Sequence record: MZ779063.1
Strand: one strand, 5' to 3'
Length of the DNA: 64,000 nt
The notes beneath the pieces were generated by a model. It did no database searches. It saw nothing but the letters and a program-made list of their open reading frames with translations, and was not told where the DNA came from. The translations under genes and the position numbers were made by a program. Shown here piece by piece: positions 8,924 through 19,716 of the stretch; position 1 is the stretch's first letter, and every line of letters begins with the position of its first letter.

Positions 8924-11900
8924 TTATCTCACATCACTTTCAAAATTACTTAATGACATACGCACTATAGATATTTGACCTAATTGTGCACTTCCTGTAG
9001 AACCTGTTATAGAAAGCTGTATCAGTAAATATTTATTAAAATTATCAGGAACTCCTAAATCTATAGTTGCTATTCTTGTTGAAGTATCAACTTTAGAACT
9101 TCCTGTTACCCCTATTTCTTTATGCATTTTTATATCACTATTTGTTTTCCAACCCATACCATCACTAAATGTAATATAAAGATTATTGCCTTCAGTTACT
9201 GTTGCCCTGTAAACAAATTTTAGATATCTTCTATTATGATGATAACTAAATACATTTAGTGTCGCTTTGTCTTTACCTGATGATTCATCTAATTGTGCAT
9301 TATCGTAACCATATTTATAAATATCTCTATAAATATTATATGTTCCAGCTCTAGTATCGTCTAATACTATAGGTCTAAAGTTTTTTTCATTGGTAGCATG
9401 AGCAGATCCACTAACCCAGTTCCAAGTTCTAACTCCAGGCATAGTAGGCATAAAGTTAGTTTCAGATAAGAACATACCTTCAACCATTTGGTCAACACCG
9501 TTTTTTCTTATATTTAATCCAGTTGAATTTATTTCCACAAAATTATCAGTATCTAGAGCACTTTTTGATATTCTCAATACATCATTTGTAAATGAAAGAT
9601 TGCCTTTATTATTATATATTTTAACTTTATCCGTATTTAGATCTATACTACTAGATATCATTTTAATTGATTCCGAGTTCATAGTTATCTTACTTGATAA
9701 AGAACTAGTGCTATATTTATCTAATGCCGAAGGTGTCCATGGTTTTAATTGATTACCTTTTTCTAATTTTGGAAGAGCGTAATAAAATACAGTTCCATCA
9801 TTATAAGCATCAGTTTTATCATAGTTGTTATAACGTAATAGAAATCTTAGATAATTGGTTCTTCCATTACTAGAGTTTCTAGGTATTTTAGCTGTAAAAC
9901 TATATCTAACCCATTTATCAAATATAAATTCACTAGCAGGTATCTCAACTACACCAAATTTAGGATTGGTAGTTTGTTGTATATTCTCATAAGTTGCCAC
10001 CTCAAAATATATCTTATAAGTAAGGAATTTTCTAGCTGTTGCAGGAATGTATATATAAACAGAGCCTGTTACTTCATCTCCAATACTAAATTGACCTTCT
10101 TGACCTACAGGTAAATAGCTTGACATTACTGCAGGCCATGTTGTTCCAAAGTTATTATGTTTATATTTGAAGACATCTTTTACTTTATTAATATCAAAAC
10201 TAGTATCGTCATTAGAATCTTTCGACTCAATTACAGTTATATTTTCAAAAGAGGCAGTTATATCAGCATTATCTGTAGTTCCTGCTTTTGCAGCATAAAA
10301 TAACAACTGATTAATTTTATCCTCATTAGGAGTAGTAATTTCTATTACGTTTCTTTTAGTTGTGCTAACAGGATAATCTATTCTATTAACTGAACTAATT
10401 TCAGGTAATGTATCCAAATCAGTTGAATACCCTGAACCTTTATAAGGATATCTATATGGGTACAATGAAATTAAACCTTCACTATTTTTCCCAGATTGTA
10501 TATTATAATCAAATGCTACTTTATATTTAGTATTCTTTTTTAGATATCCATTTAATGGAAGAGTCATTCTTTTATAAGTTCCTCTGGATACATTGTTTAC
10601 ACGATAAACTGAACCTAAAGCTAGATTGTTATCGGTATTAAAAGTCATATCATCTTCAGAAGCTATTGAAAATCTAGGATTTTTAGGATAATTTCCTTCA
10701 TCCAGTCTTATATTTTTAAAGTAAAACTTACCATCTGAATATGGTGAAACGGAGGCTATTATTAATCTTAATTGAGTCATTCCGCTTAAATCTGAGCTAG
10801 TTAGATTGAACGTAGTTTGGAAAGTACTCCAATCATCATTGATATCATTTTCAGCAGATATTGTATAACTTAAAGGATTGATTGAACTTGATGATTTGTT
10901 CACACGTAAACTTACAGTAATAGACCCTTTAGTAGTTTCTAAAGATTTTCTAACATCAAAACTAAAAGTATAAGTACCTGGCTTAATTTTAGATAATTTT
11001 AAACTTCCATCTGCATCTTTATAATCAATATTAGATGTTTGCCATTGTTTCCATCCTTCATTAGAATTTGAAATTATAGAAAGATAATCTCTATAATTTG
11101 TAGTTGTATCTGTTGGATTTGATTCAGTTGATCCACTAAATGTGTATGTCCAGTAAGGTGAGTCAATCTTATCCGCAAAGTTTAAATTGTTTGATGTATC
11201 ATCATCATTAGTTTTCCAACCTTCCCATCCATTTCTAAGATCAGAGTTAATAAGTGCGTTATCTGCATTAAGATAATTATTTATTTTATTAACAGATAAC
11301 TCAATAGAATCTGCCTTTTGATCTATTTTAGAAGAAACAGTCGATATTGAAGTCTCAATATCTTCGGGAGCTGGTGTCCAATCAGTAGATTTATTACCTT
11401 TTTCAAGTTTAATCCATTCTATAGTTGATAGATAATTTCCATCTTTAGGCATATCGTATATTGTTAATAACTTACTTAAATTTCTTGAAGATTGTTTGGC
11501 AACCCCAGTACCTATCCATAAACCCTTTTTAGAATCATATGTTAAATTACATAAGTTTGTATAACCGTCATCAATATAAGCACTAAAATAGTGGTCTTTA
11601 TTATTTGTATTACCTTTTATTGTAACTGTATAAGTCTCATCCACTATCCAATCTAATGACAAATTATATGGTTTCCCATATAATGTATGATTTACATATT
11701 TATTATTTTTACTATCTAAAACTAAATTTCTTCCACCAATTCGAATATCATTAATTTGAGAGTTTACATCTTCGGGAGCTGGAGACCAGTCAGTTGCTTT
11801 ATTACCCTTTTCAATTTTAATATTTTCAATAGAGAATTTATCTCCATTGTTATTGTTATAAGCATATATAGCCCATCTAGTGTTAGTTCCAGAAGTCTTA

Positions 11901-14900
11901 GTTATTTTAGAAGTGTATTTATATCTAAATTTTTTATTACCAACATTAGTTATTGTATCGCTACCAATAGACATACCTGGATCTACTACACTATCATATA
12001 TTCTGAAAACATCTCCACGTTCCATTTGTAAGTCAAATGATATAGAAATTTCATCTCCGACTTTTACTTTATTCAATAACTCATCAATATAAATTCTCCA
12101 TAAATATTGATAAGATCCATTTGAATTATCTTCAAAGCCTTTATTCCAAGATAAACTGTTTTCTAATAAGTTTCTTGCACCAATCTGTATATTATTAATA
12201 TTTTCATTAACTCTATTTTCTACTGCAGTAACTTGTGATGTAATTTGATTTGGTAATTGTTGGATACTAGAAGTATTAGCAGCAATTTTACCATCCATCT
12301 CATCTTGTTTACTAACAATACTAGTAATCTTATCAGTTTCTACTTTTAATTCACTGTATTGATTTGTAGTTTTAGTATCTAATGTCGTAATAGAAGAAGC
12401 GTTAAGTGTAATATCTTTCTCAGTTTGAGTTATACGAGTTTCATTTTTAGCAAATCTACTTCTATAATCTTCTGGCGATACGTCCCAAGAAGAAGCCACA
12501 TTACCTTCTTCTAATTGAATATGACCTACATAAGTATCCTTAGTTGTATTATCAGCAGTAAACTGAATTTTAAGGAAATTATTAGTTTTAGAATTGAATC
12601 TCAACTCATAACGAGTAGGAGTTGTTGTCAATGTCTTAGCAGATTCAGTCATAGTAATAAGATAATCTTTAGGAGAAACTTCAGTAGTTAAACTTGAAGC
12701 TTTCGTAATAGGTGTTTTAATTACTGGAGACGCAGCTGCTGAATAAGCATCATAGCTTAATACATAATTCGTATTAGGTTTAACTGCAACTATTTGAGAC
12801 ACTTCAGATAAATTTGTTCTAGTATTAGCATAAGTTATACTATTATTAACTTTTTTAGTAATGCTAGCTAAGAAAGGTAAATCAAATTTTTCAGTTCCAG
12901 CAAGCATGTTCTTAGTACCAATTTTAACTTTTCCCGATATAGCTTCAGTACTAGTCTCAGTTGTTACTCTTTGATCTATTCTACCAATTTCAGCAGTAAT
13001 ATTTGTATTTAAATTTGATACAGTTTCATTAACGCTAGTTTTAGTGGCATAATCTTTAGAAATATCTTGTTTAATAGAATCAGCTGTAGTAGTAATGCTA
13101 GCCTGTAAAGTTTGTTTAGTGTCATTAATAGCAGATTGTCTATCTGTAACTTCTTGAGTTATTTTATCATTAGCTACTTTTAATTCACCAGTTAAATCAC
13201 TGATATTGCCTTCATTTTTAGTAACTTTATCAGCAGTAATAGTATAGCTATCATTAAGTTGGGTTACTTTAGTTGACAAATCAGAATAATTTTCATCACT
13301 TCTATCTATTCTAGAAACTAATGATGTGATATTATCAGTGGCTACTTTTAAACTACCTTCTAAATTAGTGACATTTTCTTGAGTGACTTTTTGTTCTTCA
13401 GAAATAGCTTTAATTTCTCCAGCAACTGTTTCTAATCTAGATGATATATCTCTGACAACTTTATCATCTAAATCTTCTATTTTCTTAGATACTTCTTGAC
13501 GAATCATATCTACTGTTTGACTGACTTCAGAGAAACCTTCGACTACCTGTTTACGATAATCATCCATTTCTTTTTTAGTCATCATAGTGGCTACTAATTC
13601 ATTAGTGTCAATTACAGTTTTCTTAACAGATTCTAATCCAGTGACATCGTACATTTCTAAATTAGTAACCCAGAATTTAGGTTCATCAGAACCATCTTCA
13701 AATTCTGTTACATCTGAATCTTCAGATTGGTTTACCTTAAAGTATAATGTCATATAGAAAGCACCGTATAAGAAACCATTAGTACCTCTAACATTTTCTT
13801 TAGTAATTAAACCTTGACGGTGATACCAACCATTAAATTCTTCAGGATCGTCATCTTCTTCTGTATTAGGAATATCTTCATCTTTAATTAAAGACCATTC
13901 AACATTACTATCAGTGAATGTTCCTGAAACTTTAGTTCCGGCAGGGAAACCTCCATCTTCAGAATCGTAATTAATTAAATCAAAAGGTCTATTTAAATAG
14001 ATACAATTGTTTTCTCTATCAATAGCTCCAAAATCCCAACCGTTCATGAATACATTTCTAGAATAAGTTGATTCTCCATAATTATAACCATCATTACTCT
14101 TGAAATTCCAAATAACTAATGAATGATTATCATTATAATCTACTAAATTAGGATTAATATTTTTATTAACTATTCCTGCATTTGATACATTATAATTATT
14201 AGTCATATTCTTAATAGCTTCTTCTTCATCTACCGGAGTTGAATTAGTTTCAACTGGTTCTTCAGATTCAGACATAGGGAGATCAGGTTCTGTAGTTTTA
14301 TCTTCTTCAGGAGTATCATCTGCATATATTACACTATCTTCTTCTTCATCAGGTAATGCATTAGGATCATCTATAGAAAGAATATCATCTGCATCACTAG
14401 GTAATATAACTGATCCATCTCTATCGTAATCATAAACAGGAGTATCATCTTCTTCATCTAACGGTGCAGATTGGAATCTATAAGTGTCATCAAGACCATC
14501 AAGACTCTTGAAATAAATAACTTTATCCCCTTGTCTTAATTCTTGAGCTAATTCAATTACAGGTTTCTCACTACCCATTACATGTTGTGATTCTATTAAT
14601 TGTCCGTCTTTATCATAACTTAAATGACCTATAGAAGAAGGAAGAGAATTATTATTCTTCATAAACATAGAAAGTTTGTATGTTTTCTCTGGATTAATTG
14701 GTATTAATCTTTCAGAAGAAACAGTATTGTTAAATCCTTCCATTCTAAATGAAGCTGCAGATTGGAAAGCGTCTGAATTATCGTAATACATTCCAGGAAA
14801 GTTTGATTCATCTCCTTGATCTGCATTACCATTAAAAATTAAGTTATCTCCACGAGAATCCATATAGTAATTAAATTCTTGTTGTGATACTTCTAATTCT

Positions 14901-16912
14901 TGACCTAAATCTTCTCTAACACTATTAGCTTCAGCCATAGCTTTATCTATATCTTTAGATTTTTGATCTAATTCTTCTTGTTGTTTTTCTAACTCTGTTT
15001 TAGTATTCTCTAAGTTAACTTTAGATTCAGCAATTTCATCTTTAGTTTTTTGAATCTGTTCTTGGATAAGATCAAACATATCTTGTTTATCTATAGTACC
15101 ATCTATTAAACCAGATTCAGAGTTAAGAGGTAAACCTAATACGCTTGATAGATTTTCTTTTAATTGATTTAAATTTTCTTTTAATCCTCTATCGGAATCA
15201 TTAAGGTCATTTTCAATTCTGTTAACTTTAACTCTCATTAATTCTAAAGAAGTTTTTACTTCATTGATATCTTCAGTTACGTTGATATTTCCTGTCAATT
15301 TTTGAGTTTTACTGTCATAAGATAAACCTAAAACTCTTCCAATTTCAGAAAATACAGTATCTTTAATACCATGAGAATATTCATTTTGAAGTTTATTCAT
15401 TTCTAAGTTAATAGCTTCATTAGATAATTCAATAATACGTTTAGTGCTATTGATTACAGAATAAAATCCTACAAAAGATTTATTAATATCTTTCATTAAT
15501 GATTCATTCTGATCAGCTCTATTAAGCTTATTAACTTCAGATTTTATTTTATCGAAATTAGTATCAATTTCTTTAATTTTGTCTCTAACCTGAATCTTAA
15601 TTGCATCTTCTTTAAGATAAGCAGAATCAAATATAGATTTCAATTGATTATTAACTTGATCTTTTTGAGATTTAATTAAATTAAAATCAGAAATAATGGC
15701 ATCAAAGTTAAGTTCTTTATTTGATTGTAATACACTTAGACCATCTGTACCACTACCGTTATTAGTGCTAATATCATTAATATAATTTTTAAATGATTCT
15801 AATTGTTTATTAACTAAAGATTCAACCAATTTAACATTATTACTTTCAGAAGATGTATTATCTTTAATAAAGATGTTATCATTAGCGTATTTAGTATAAT
15901 TCTCTAACATTTCAGGTTTATAAACTTCATTAGAATTTTTATACTTAGCAAAGAAGTTAAATTTCTCAATATTATAATCAAATAAACTTCTCTCTAATTT
16001 ATATATTTGAAACCCTGCTGTTAATTCAGGTTTTATATTTTTATAATTGATGAATATTTGACTTGATATAAATTTATTATAATGACAATTAGTCCAATTT
16101 CTTAGAACTAAACCAGTCATTTTTAAATCTATAGCATTCAAAGAACTGTCATTAAGGTATTTAGAAGCAATCTCTTCCATTTCATCTCTAGTTTTTCCTT
16201 TAACTTCCATAGTGTCAAATATATAATTTTCATCTTTAATAAATCTAGCTTGGTTTAATGAATCTTTAACAGTAATAGATTCATTATTATCATTATACAT
16301 AATTAAGCCAGTTTTAATATTTGATTTATCTACATTAAATTCAAAACCAGGAATTCTACCAGAAACTTCTTTAGGATTAGATTTTCTTAAATCTTTACCT
16401 TTATTAATTATTAAAGTTCTTTCATTTGTATTAATATCATACTTATGTCTAATAGATAAATCTTTTTCAAATAAAATATCTAATAATTTTTCAAATACAG
16501 ATTTATTATTTTTAGATAAAGTAATTTCTTCATCAACAACCAAATCATTATATTCAATATTATACCCTGTATTCAATAATAGAGTGCTTAATACTGATTT
16601 TAATTGTCCTTTTAATTCTTCATTAGAATTCACAAAAGTATTATTTAAATCTTTTACATAAGAAGGAATTAATGAAGATTTTAAACCATCTTCTTCAATA
16701 CAAACAAATTCAGAATCATTCTTACTTTCATCTTTAATAATTATATGTGTATTTTCTGAAATGTAGTTTTTACTTTTGAATTCAATATTAATAATTTCAG
16801 TTTTCTTACTAAAATCATATACTAATTTCTCACTAGAAATTACATTTTCAAAAGTTTCTGCAACTAATTTACCTTCAATTCTTTTACGTTCTTTATCTAG
16901 AATACTAATCAA
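8924..16912 (-). CDS. Giant tail fibre / host-specificity protein (2662 aa) with Tal-like N-terminal domain
   Basis: N-terminus resembles siphophage Tal/prophage tail hub domains (LSTLLLNTGY...VDKSNIKTGL); coiled coils; repeated IG(A/G/T)(R/K)NL...(L/I)E(K/E)GN...W(S/T)PAPED modules; C-terminal DLGVP. TTG start with SD AAAGGATGGTG. Confidence 0.8.
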   Translation of the reverse strand: MISILDKERKRIEGKLVAETFENVISSEKLVYDFSKKTEIINIEFKSKNYISENTHIIIKDESKNDSEFVCIEEDGLKSSLIPSYVKDLNNTFVNSNEELKGQLKSVLSTLLLNTGYNIEYNDLVVDEEITLSKNNKSVFEKLLDILFEKDLSIRHKYDINTNERTLIINKGKDLRKSNPKEVSGRIPGFEFNVDKSNIKTGLIMYNDNNESITVKDSLNQARFIKDENYIFDTMEVKGKTRDEMEEIASKYLNDSSLNAIDLKMTGLVLRNWTNCHYNKFISSQIFINYKNIKPELTAGFQIYKLERSLFDYNIEKFNFFAKYKNSNEVYKPEMLENYTKYANDNIFIKDNTSSESNNVKLVESLVNKQLESFKNYINDISTNNGSGTDGLSVLQSNKELNFDAIISDFNLIKSQKDQVNNQLKSIFDSAYLKEDAIKIQVRDKIKEIDTNFDKIKSEVNKLNRADQNESLMKDINKSFVGFYSVINSTKRIIELSNEAINLEMNKLQNEYSHGIKDTVFSEIGRVLGLSYDSKTQKLTGNINVTEDINEVKTSLELMRVKVNRIENDLNDSDRGLKENLNQLKENLSSVLGLPLNSESGLIDGTIDKQDMFDLIQEQIQKTKDEIAESKVNLENTKTELEKQQEELDQKSKDIDKAMAEANSVREDLGQELEVSQQEFNYYMDSRGDNLIFNGNADQGDESNFPGMYYDNSDAFQSAASFRMEGFNNTVSSERLIPINPEKTYKLSMFMKNNNSLPSSIGHLSYDKDGQLIESQHVMGSEKPVIELAQELRQGDKVIYFKSLDGLDDTYRFQSAPLDEEDDTPVYDYDRDGSVILPSDADDILSIDDPNALPDEEEDSVIYADDTPEEDKTTEPDLPMSESEEPVETNSTPVDEEEAIKNMTNNYNVSNAGIVNKNINPNLVDYNDNHSLVIWNFKSNDGYNYGESTYSRNVFMNGWDFGAIDRENNCIYLNRPFDLINYDSEDGGFPAGTKVSGTFTDSNVEWSLIKDEDIPNTEEDDDPEEFNGWYHRQGLITKENVRGTNGFLYGAFYMTLYFKVNQSEDSDVTEFEDGSDEPKFWVTNLEMYDVTGLESVKKTVIDTNELVATMMTKKEMDDYRKQVVEGFSEVSQTVDMIRQEVSKKIEDLDDKVVRDISSRLETVAGEIKAISEEQKVTQENVTNLEGSLKVATDNITSLVSRIDRSDENYSDLSTKVTQLNDSYTITADKVTKNEGNISDLTGELKVANDKITQEVTDRQSAINDTKQTLQASITTTADSIKQDISKDYATKTSVNETVSNLNTNITAEIGRIDQRVTTETSTEAISGKVKIGTKNMLAGTEKFDLPFLASITKKVNNSITYANTRTNLSEVSQIVAVKPNTNYVLSYDAYSAAASPVIKTPITKASSLTTEVSPKDYLITMTESAKTLTTTPTRYELRFNSKTNNFLKIQFTADNTTKDTYVGHIQLEEGNVASSWDVSPEDYRSRFAKNETRITQTEKDITLNASSITTLDTKTTNQYSELKVETDKITSIVSKQDEMDGKIAANTSSIQQLPNQITSQVTAVENRVNENINNIQIGARNLLENSLSWNKGFEDNSNGSYQYLWRIYIDELLNKVKVGDEISISFDLQMERGDVFRIYDSVVDPGMSIGSDTITNVGNKKFRYKYTSKITKTSGTNTRWAIYAYNNNNGDKFSIENIKIEKGNKATDWSPAPEDVNSQINDIRIGGRNLVLDSKNNKYVNHTLYGKPYNLSLDWIVDETYTVTIKGNTNNKDHYFSAYIDDGYTNLCNLTYDSKKGLWIGTGVAKQSSRNLSKLLTIYDMPKDGNYLSTIEWIKLEKGNKSTDWTPAPEDIETSISTVSSKIDQKADSIELSVNKINNYLNADNALINSDLRNGWEGWKTNDDDTSNNLNFADKIDSPYWTYTFSGSTESNPTDTTTNYRDYLSIISNSNEGWKQWQTSNIDYKDADGSLKLSKIKPGTYTFSFDVRKSLETTKGSITVSLRVNKSSSSINPLSYTISAENDINDDWSTFQTTFNLTSSDLSGMTQLRLIIASVSPYSDGKFYFKNIRLDEGNYPKNPRFSIASEDDMTFNTDNNLALGSVYRVNNVSRGTYKRMTLPLNGYLKKNTKYKVAFDYNIQSGKNSEGLISLYPYRYPYKGSGYSTDLDTLPEISSVNRIDYPVSTTKRNVIEITTPNEDKINQLLFYAAKAGTTDNADITASFENITVIESKDSNDDTSFDINKVKDVFKYKHNNFGTTWPAVMSSYLPVGQEGQFSIGDEVTGSVYIYIPATARKFLTYKIYFEVATYENIQQTTNPKFGVVEIPASEFIFDKWVRYSFTAKIPRNSSNGRTNYLRFLLRYNNYDKTDAYNDGTVFYYALPKLEKGNQLKPWTPSALDKYSTSSLSSKITMNSESIKMISSSIDLNTDKVKIYNNKGNLSFTNDVLRISKSALDTDNFVEINSTGLNIRKNGVDQMVEGMFLSETNFMPTMPGVRTWNWVSGSAHATNEKNFRPIVLDDTRAGTYNIYRDIYKYGYDNAQLDESSGKDKATLNVFSYHHNRRYLKFVYRATVTEGNNLYITFSDGMGWKTNSDIKMHKEIGVTGSSKVDTSTRIATIDLGVPDNFNKYLLIQLSITGSTGSAQLGQISIVRMSLSNFESDVR
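11360..11820. repeat. 53-bp imperfect direct repeat (11360-11412 and 11768-11820) flanking one 408-bp tail-fibre module
   Basis: ATCTTCGGGAGCTGG...TTTAA; about 7 mismatches; encodes (L/I)(K)(L/I)EKGNK(S/A)TDW(T/S)PAPED. Confidence 0.85.
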
Positions 16913-16942
16913 ATTTAATTCACCATCCTTTCATTTAATTGA

Positions 16943-16954
16943 TATTAATGTGTT
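16943..16954 (-). promoter_or_regulatory. AR9-type late promoter motif
   Basis: AACA CATTAA TA, 30 nt upstream of the giant tail fibre start. Confidence 0.6.
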
Positions 16955-16966
16955 CCATGTCAATAA

Positions 16967-17389
16967 TTAATAGTCTTCTAATTGTTCAGCTAGCGTATCA
17001 ATAATAGCAGCTTTTTTCCCTGATAGTTGAGTTTCCATATTATCAATAATATTTAATAAAATAGATTTATCTCTAACAGTAATAACTGCTTTTTCTTCAT
17101 CAATAGCTAATATATCTTCTTTAGCATTTGGGAATTCACTTACATTAAGAATAATACTTTCTGGATCTTTAGGGTCTTTAACAATATTACCATTTTCATC
17201 TTTTTTAGAAAATTCGTCAACCATATCTTTTCTATCTTTAGCATATTCTTCATAAGATTCTTTAAGTTGATTAATGAATTTAGTTCTATGTCTAGATTTA
17301 TTACCATTAAGTGGAATATTGAATAACACATCATATACAGTTTGTAAATCTTCATTTTTAATTGTAACTTGTTCAATTGTTTCTACCAT
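16967..17389 (-). CDS. DUF1617-like phage tail-module protein
   Basis: LFNIPLNGNKSRHRTKFINQL ... KDENGNIV resembles DUF1617 proteins of Firmicute siphophage tail modules; SD AAGGAG. Confidence 0.65.
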   Translation of the reverse strand: MVETIEQVTIKNEDLQTVYDVLFNIPLNGNKSRHRTKFINQLKESYEEYAKDRKDMVDEFSKKDENGNIVKDPKDPESIILNVSEFPNAKEDILAIDEEKAVITVRDKSILLNIIDNMETQLSGKKAAIIDTLAEQLEDY

Positions 17390-17506
17390 TTTTAGAAAAC
17401 TCCTTTTAAATTGATATTTATAATATAAATTAAGTTATTATGGCATTTTAAAAAATTACTCAACATTTTATTTATTATGAAACTAATAGAAAGTGGGTAG
17501 AAATAT

Positions 17507-18769
17507 ATGCCTCATTTAGGAAAAGAAAATGGTTATTCCATGTGTACTGCATCACCTTCATTATCTAGTGTTATATCAGGTGTACAATCATTCATGTGGA
17601 CATATTTTAAATCAATGTTCCCTAGTAATTTTTTTGCTTCAACTTATGTAAATACTTCTCTTAATTCAAATTCACTAAAAGATATGAAGGAACGTAAAAA
17701 AGGTTTTCCTCATTTATCAATGAATACACAATTTGAATTGGGTGATGGTTTTATGTCAGGTTTACCTATGTGGCATAAGACTGATAGATTTGTAATGAAA
17801 AATCTTAAAAGAAATTATAGATTGATATTTGAAGACGATACAAGAGGAATTAGAATATATACAGTTCCTCAAAGATATAAGATAGTATTTAATTACGGTA
17901 TACTATTACAAACAGAAATGGGAGCTTGGAACGTTCTTAATCACATTAATCAAACGTTTGAAAATGGTGGATATAATTATGCTAATGAAATAAGAATACC
18001 AACAAAATTACCAGAAATATTTATTGTTAATATATGTAGAAAACTAGGTTTAGATATTAATAACAATAAAGATAGAATGCAATTAAATGATTATATGATG
18101 ACAAATGGTTTAGGTCCAATTACTAATAAAAAAGATTTGTCTACTGGTAAAGAAAAGTATACTTATGATTATACTACTAATATATTATTAAATTATCCTG
18201 ATTTAACTAATTATGAAAAAGAAGTAACTAATCTAATAAATAAATCAGCTTCAGTTAGATATGCGATATCTGCTGAATTATGGGTACCTGGTAGTTATAT
18301 ATTAGAAATTGAAGATGATTTCAATATTCAAAGAGAAATTGATTCACTTTCAGATGATGTTTTACAATTCGACATTGCTATTTTACAAGATATGATTCCT
18401 AAGGAAAATGAAAGAGGAATGAAATTATTATTAGAAAGAAACTTTAATACTGAAATGAATGTTAAATTTGATTCAACTCAGATTGAAGAAATATTAGATA
18501 AAGATGTTATAAATTCAATTAAAGAACTTAATAAGATTAATGGGGACATTCAAAAAATCGTAGAATTCAAATTGTTTAAAAATAATAAACCTATGAGTAA
18601 AGATGAATATTTCGTTGATTATGATACATTTGAATTAATTGTAAAAGAACCTGAAGATAATAAGGTTCACACACTTGTAATGTATGCGGATACACGTAAG
18701 ATTAATATGATAAATGAATTAATAAATCAAGGAAGAAAAAAAGATTTATACAAAATGGACATATTTTAG
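17507..18769 (+). CDS. Virion structural protein, candidate tail-completion (T4 gp15-like)
   Basis: 420-aa ORF; VPQRYKIVFNYGILLQTEMGAWNVLNHINQTF is loosely similar to tail terminator folds. The function is tentative. Confidence 0.5.
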   Translation: MPHLGKENGYSMCTASPSLSSVISGVQSFMWTYFKSMFPSNFFASTYVNTSLNSNSLKDMKERKKGFPHLSMNTQFELGDGFMSGLPMWHKTDRFVMKNLKRNYRLIFEDDTRGIRIYTVPQRYKIVFNYGILLQTEMGAWNVLNHINQTFENGGYNYANEIRIPTKLPEIFIVNICRKLGLDINNNKDRMQLNDYMMTNGLGPITNKKDLSTGKEKYTYDYTTNILLNYPDLTNYEKEVTNLINKSASVRYAISAELWVPGSYILEIEDDFNIQREIDSLSDDVLQFDIAILQDMIPKENERGMKLLLERNFNTEMNVKFDSTQIEEILDKDVINSIKELNKINGDIQKIVEFKLFKNNKPMSKDEYFVDYDTFELIVKEPEDNKVHTLVMYADTRKINMINELINQGRKKDLYKMDIF

Positions 18770-18789
18770 AAAAAAAAATCAAAATATTA

Positions 18790-18821
18790 GAGGTAACTAT
18801 CAAATTAATGATAGTTACCTC
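18790..18821. terminator. Bidirectional terminator
   Basis: 13-bp perfect stem GAGGTAACTATCA / TGATAGTTACCTC, loop AATTAA, between convergent genes. Confidence 0.85.
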
Positions 18822-18828
18822 AATTTTA

Positions 18829-19635
18829 TTATTTTACATTAGTTCTGTATTCAAGAATAGTTTTTACTAAAAGCATATTAGCATTTAATTCTTTAGAAGT
18901 TCCTTCAGCTTCTTCAGCTTTAAGTTTACCTACTTGTTCTAAAGACATCATTTCCATTGGATTAATATTTTTAGGAATTTTACCTGAATTAAGTTTAATA
19001 ACTTCGCTAGCTTGCATAGCTTTAATAGATTCATTTAAAAATTCATTAATGACTGAATCTGAAAAGCTTTTAATAACTTTGTTATCTTCTTTTTTAGTGA
19101 TATCATTACCTTTAATTAAGTCTGCTCTGTTATAATATACAAATAAATCAATATAAGTTACTAAGATTATATTGTATATTTCTTGGAAGTTTAAATTAGT
19201 GCCCATATTTTCATCAGTGTAATTCAACATTAATGCAAATACTCTTTCACTAATATTACTTTGTCCTTCTGGAAGAAATTCATCAAAACCTACACTTCTA
19301 GACATTGATAAGAAGTCCATAATATTTCTTGCAAAGTTTTCTTCACTGTTTAATTCATTTTCATCAGTAAAGAATTTAACAAAATCAGAATATGATAGAC
19401 CAGTAATATCATCTGATTTTCTTCTAATCATTTTCATACTATAAAAATCTCTAAATGTTTTACTATCTCCAGTTGAACCTAATTTATCTTCTAAGATTTC
19501 TAATTCTTTTCTGTTGGATTCTTCTTTCATTTCTTTCATTAATACATTTGAAACATCCTCGTTAATTCTTTCTAAATCATTGTTAAATAATTCAATTGCT
19601 TGGTTTAATTCTTCCATTATCCATTTCATCTCCAT
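18829..19635 (-). CDS. Hypothetical protein
   Basis: 268-aa helical ORF; the start could be the second ATG, since ATGGAG may serve as the SD. Confidence 0.75.
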   Translation of the reverse strand: MEMKWIMEELNQAIELFNNDLERINEDVSNVLMKEMKEESNRKELEILEDKLGSTGDSKTFRDFYSMKMIRRKSDDITGLSYSDFVKFFTDENELNSEENFARNIMDFLSMSRSVGFDEFLPEGQSNISERVFALMLNYTDENMGTNLNFQEIYNIILVTYIDLFVYYNRADLIKGNDITKKEDNKVIKSFSDSVINEFLNESIKAMQASEVIKLNSGKIPKNINPMEMMSLEQVGKLKAEEAEGTSKELNANMLLVKTILEYRTNVK

Positions 19636-19716
19636 TTATAAAAATTATTTAAGATTATTTAATTACCATTAATCTCATTTATATAATATATATTTAAATA
19701 ATGTTTATAATTTTAT

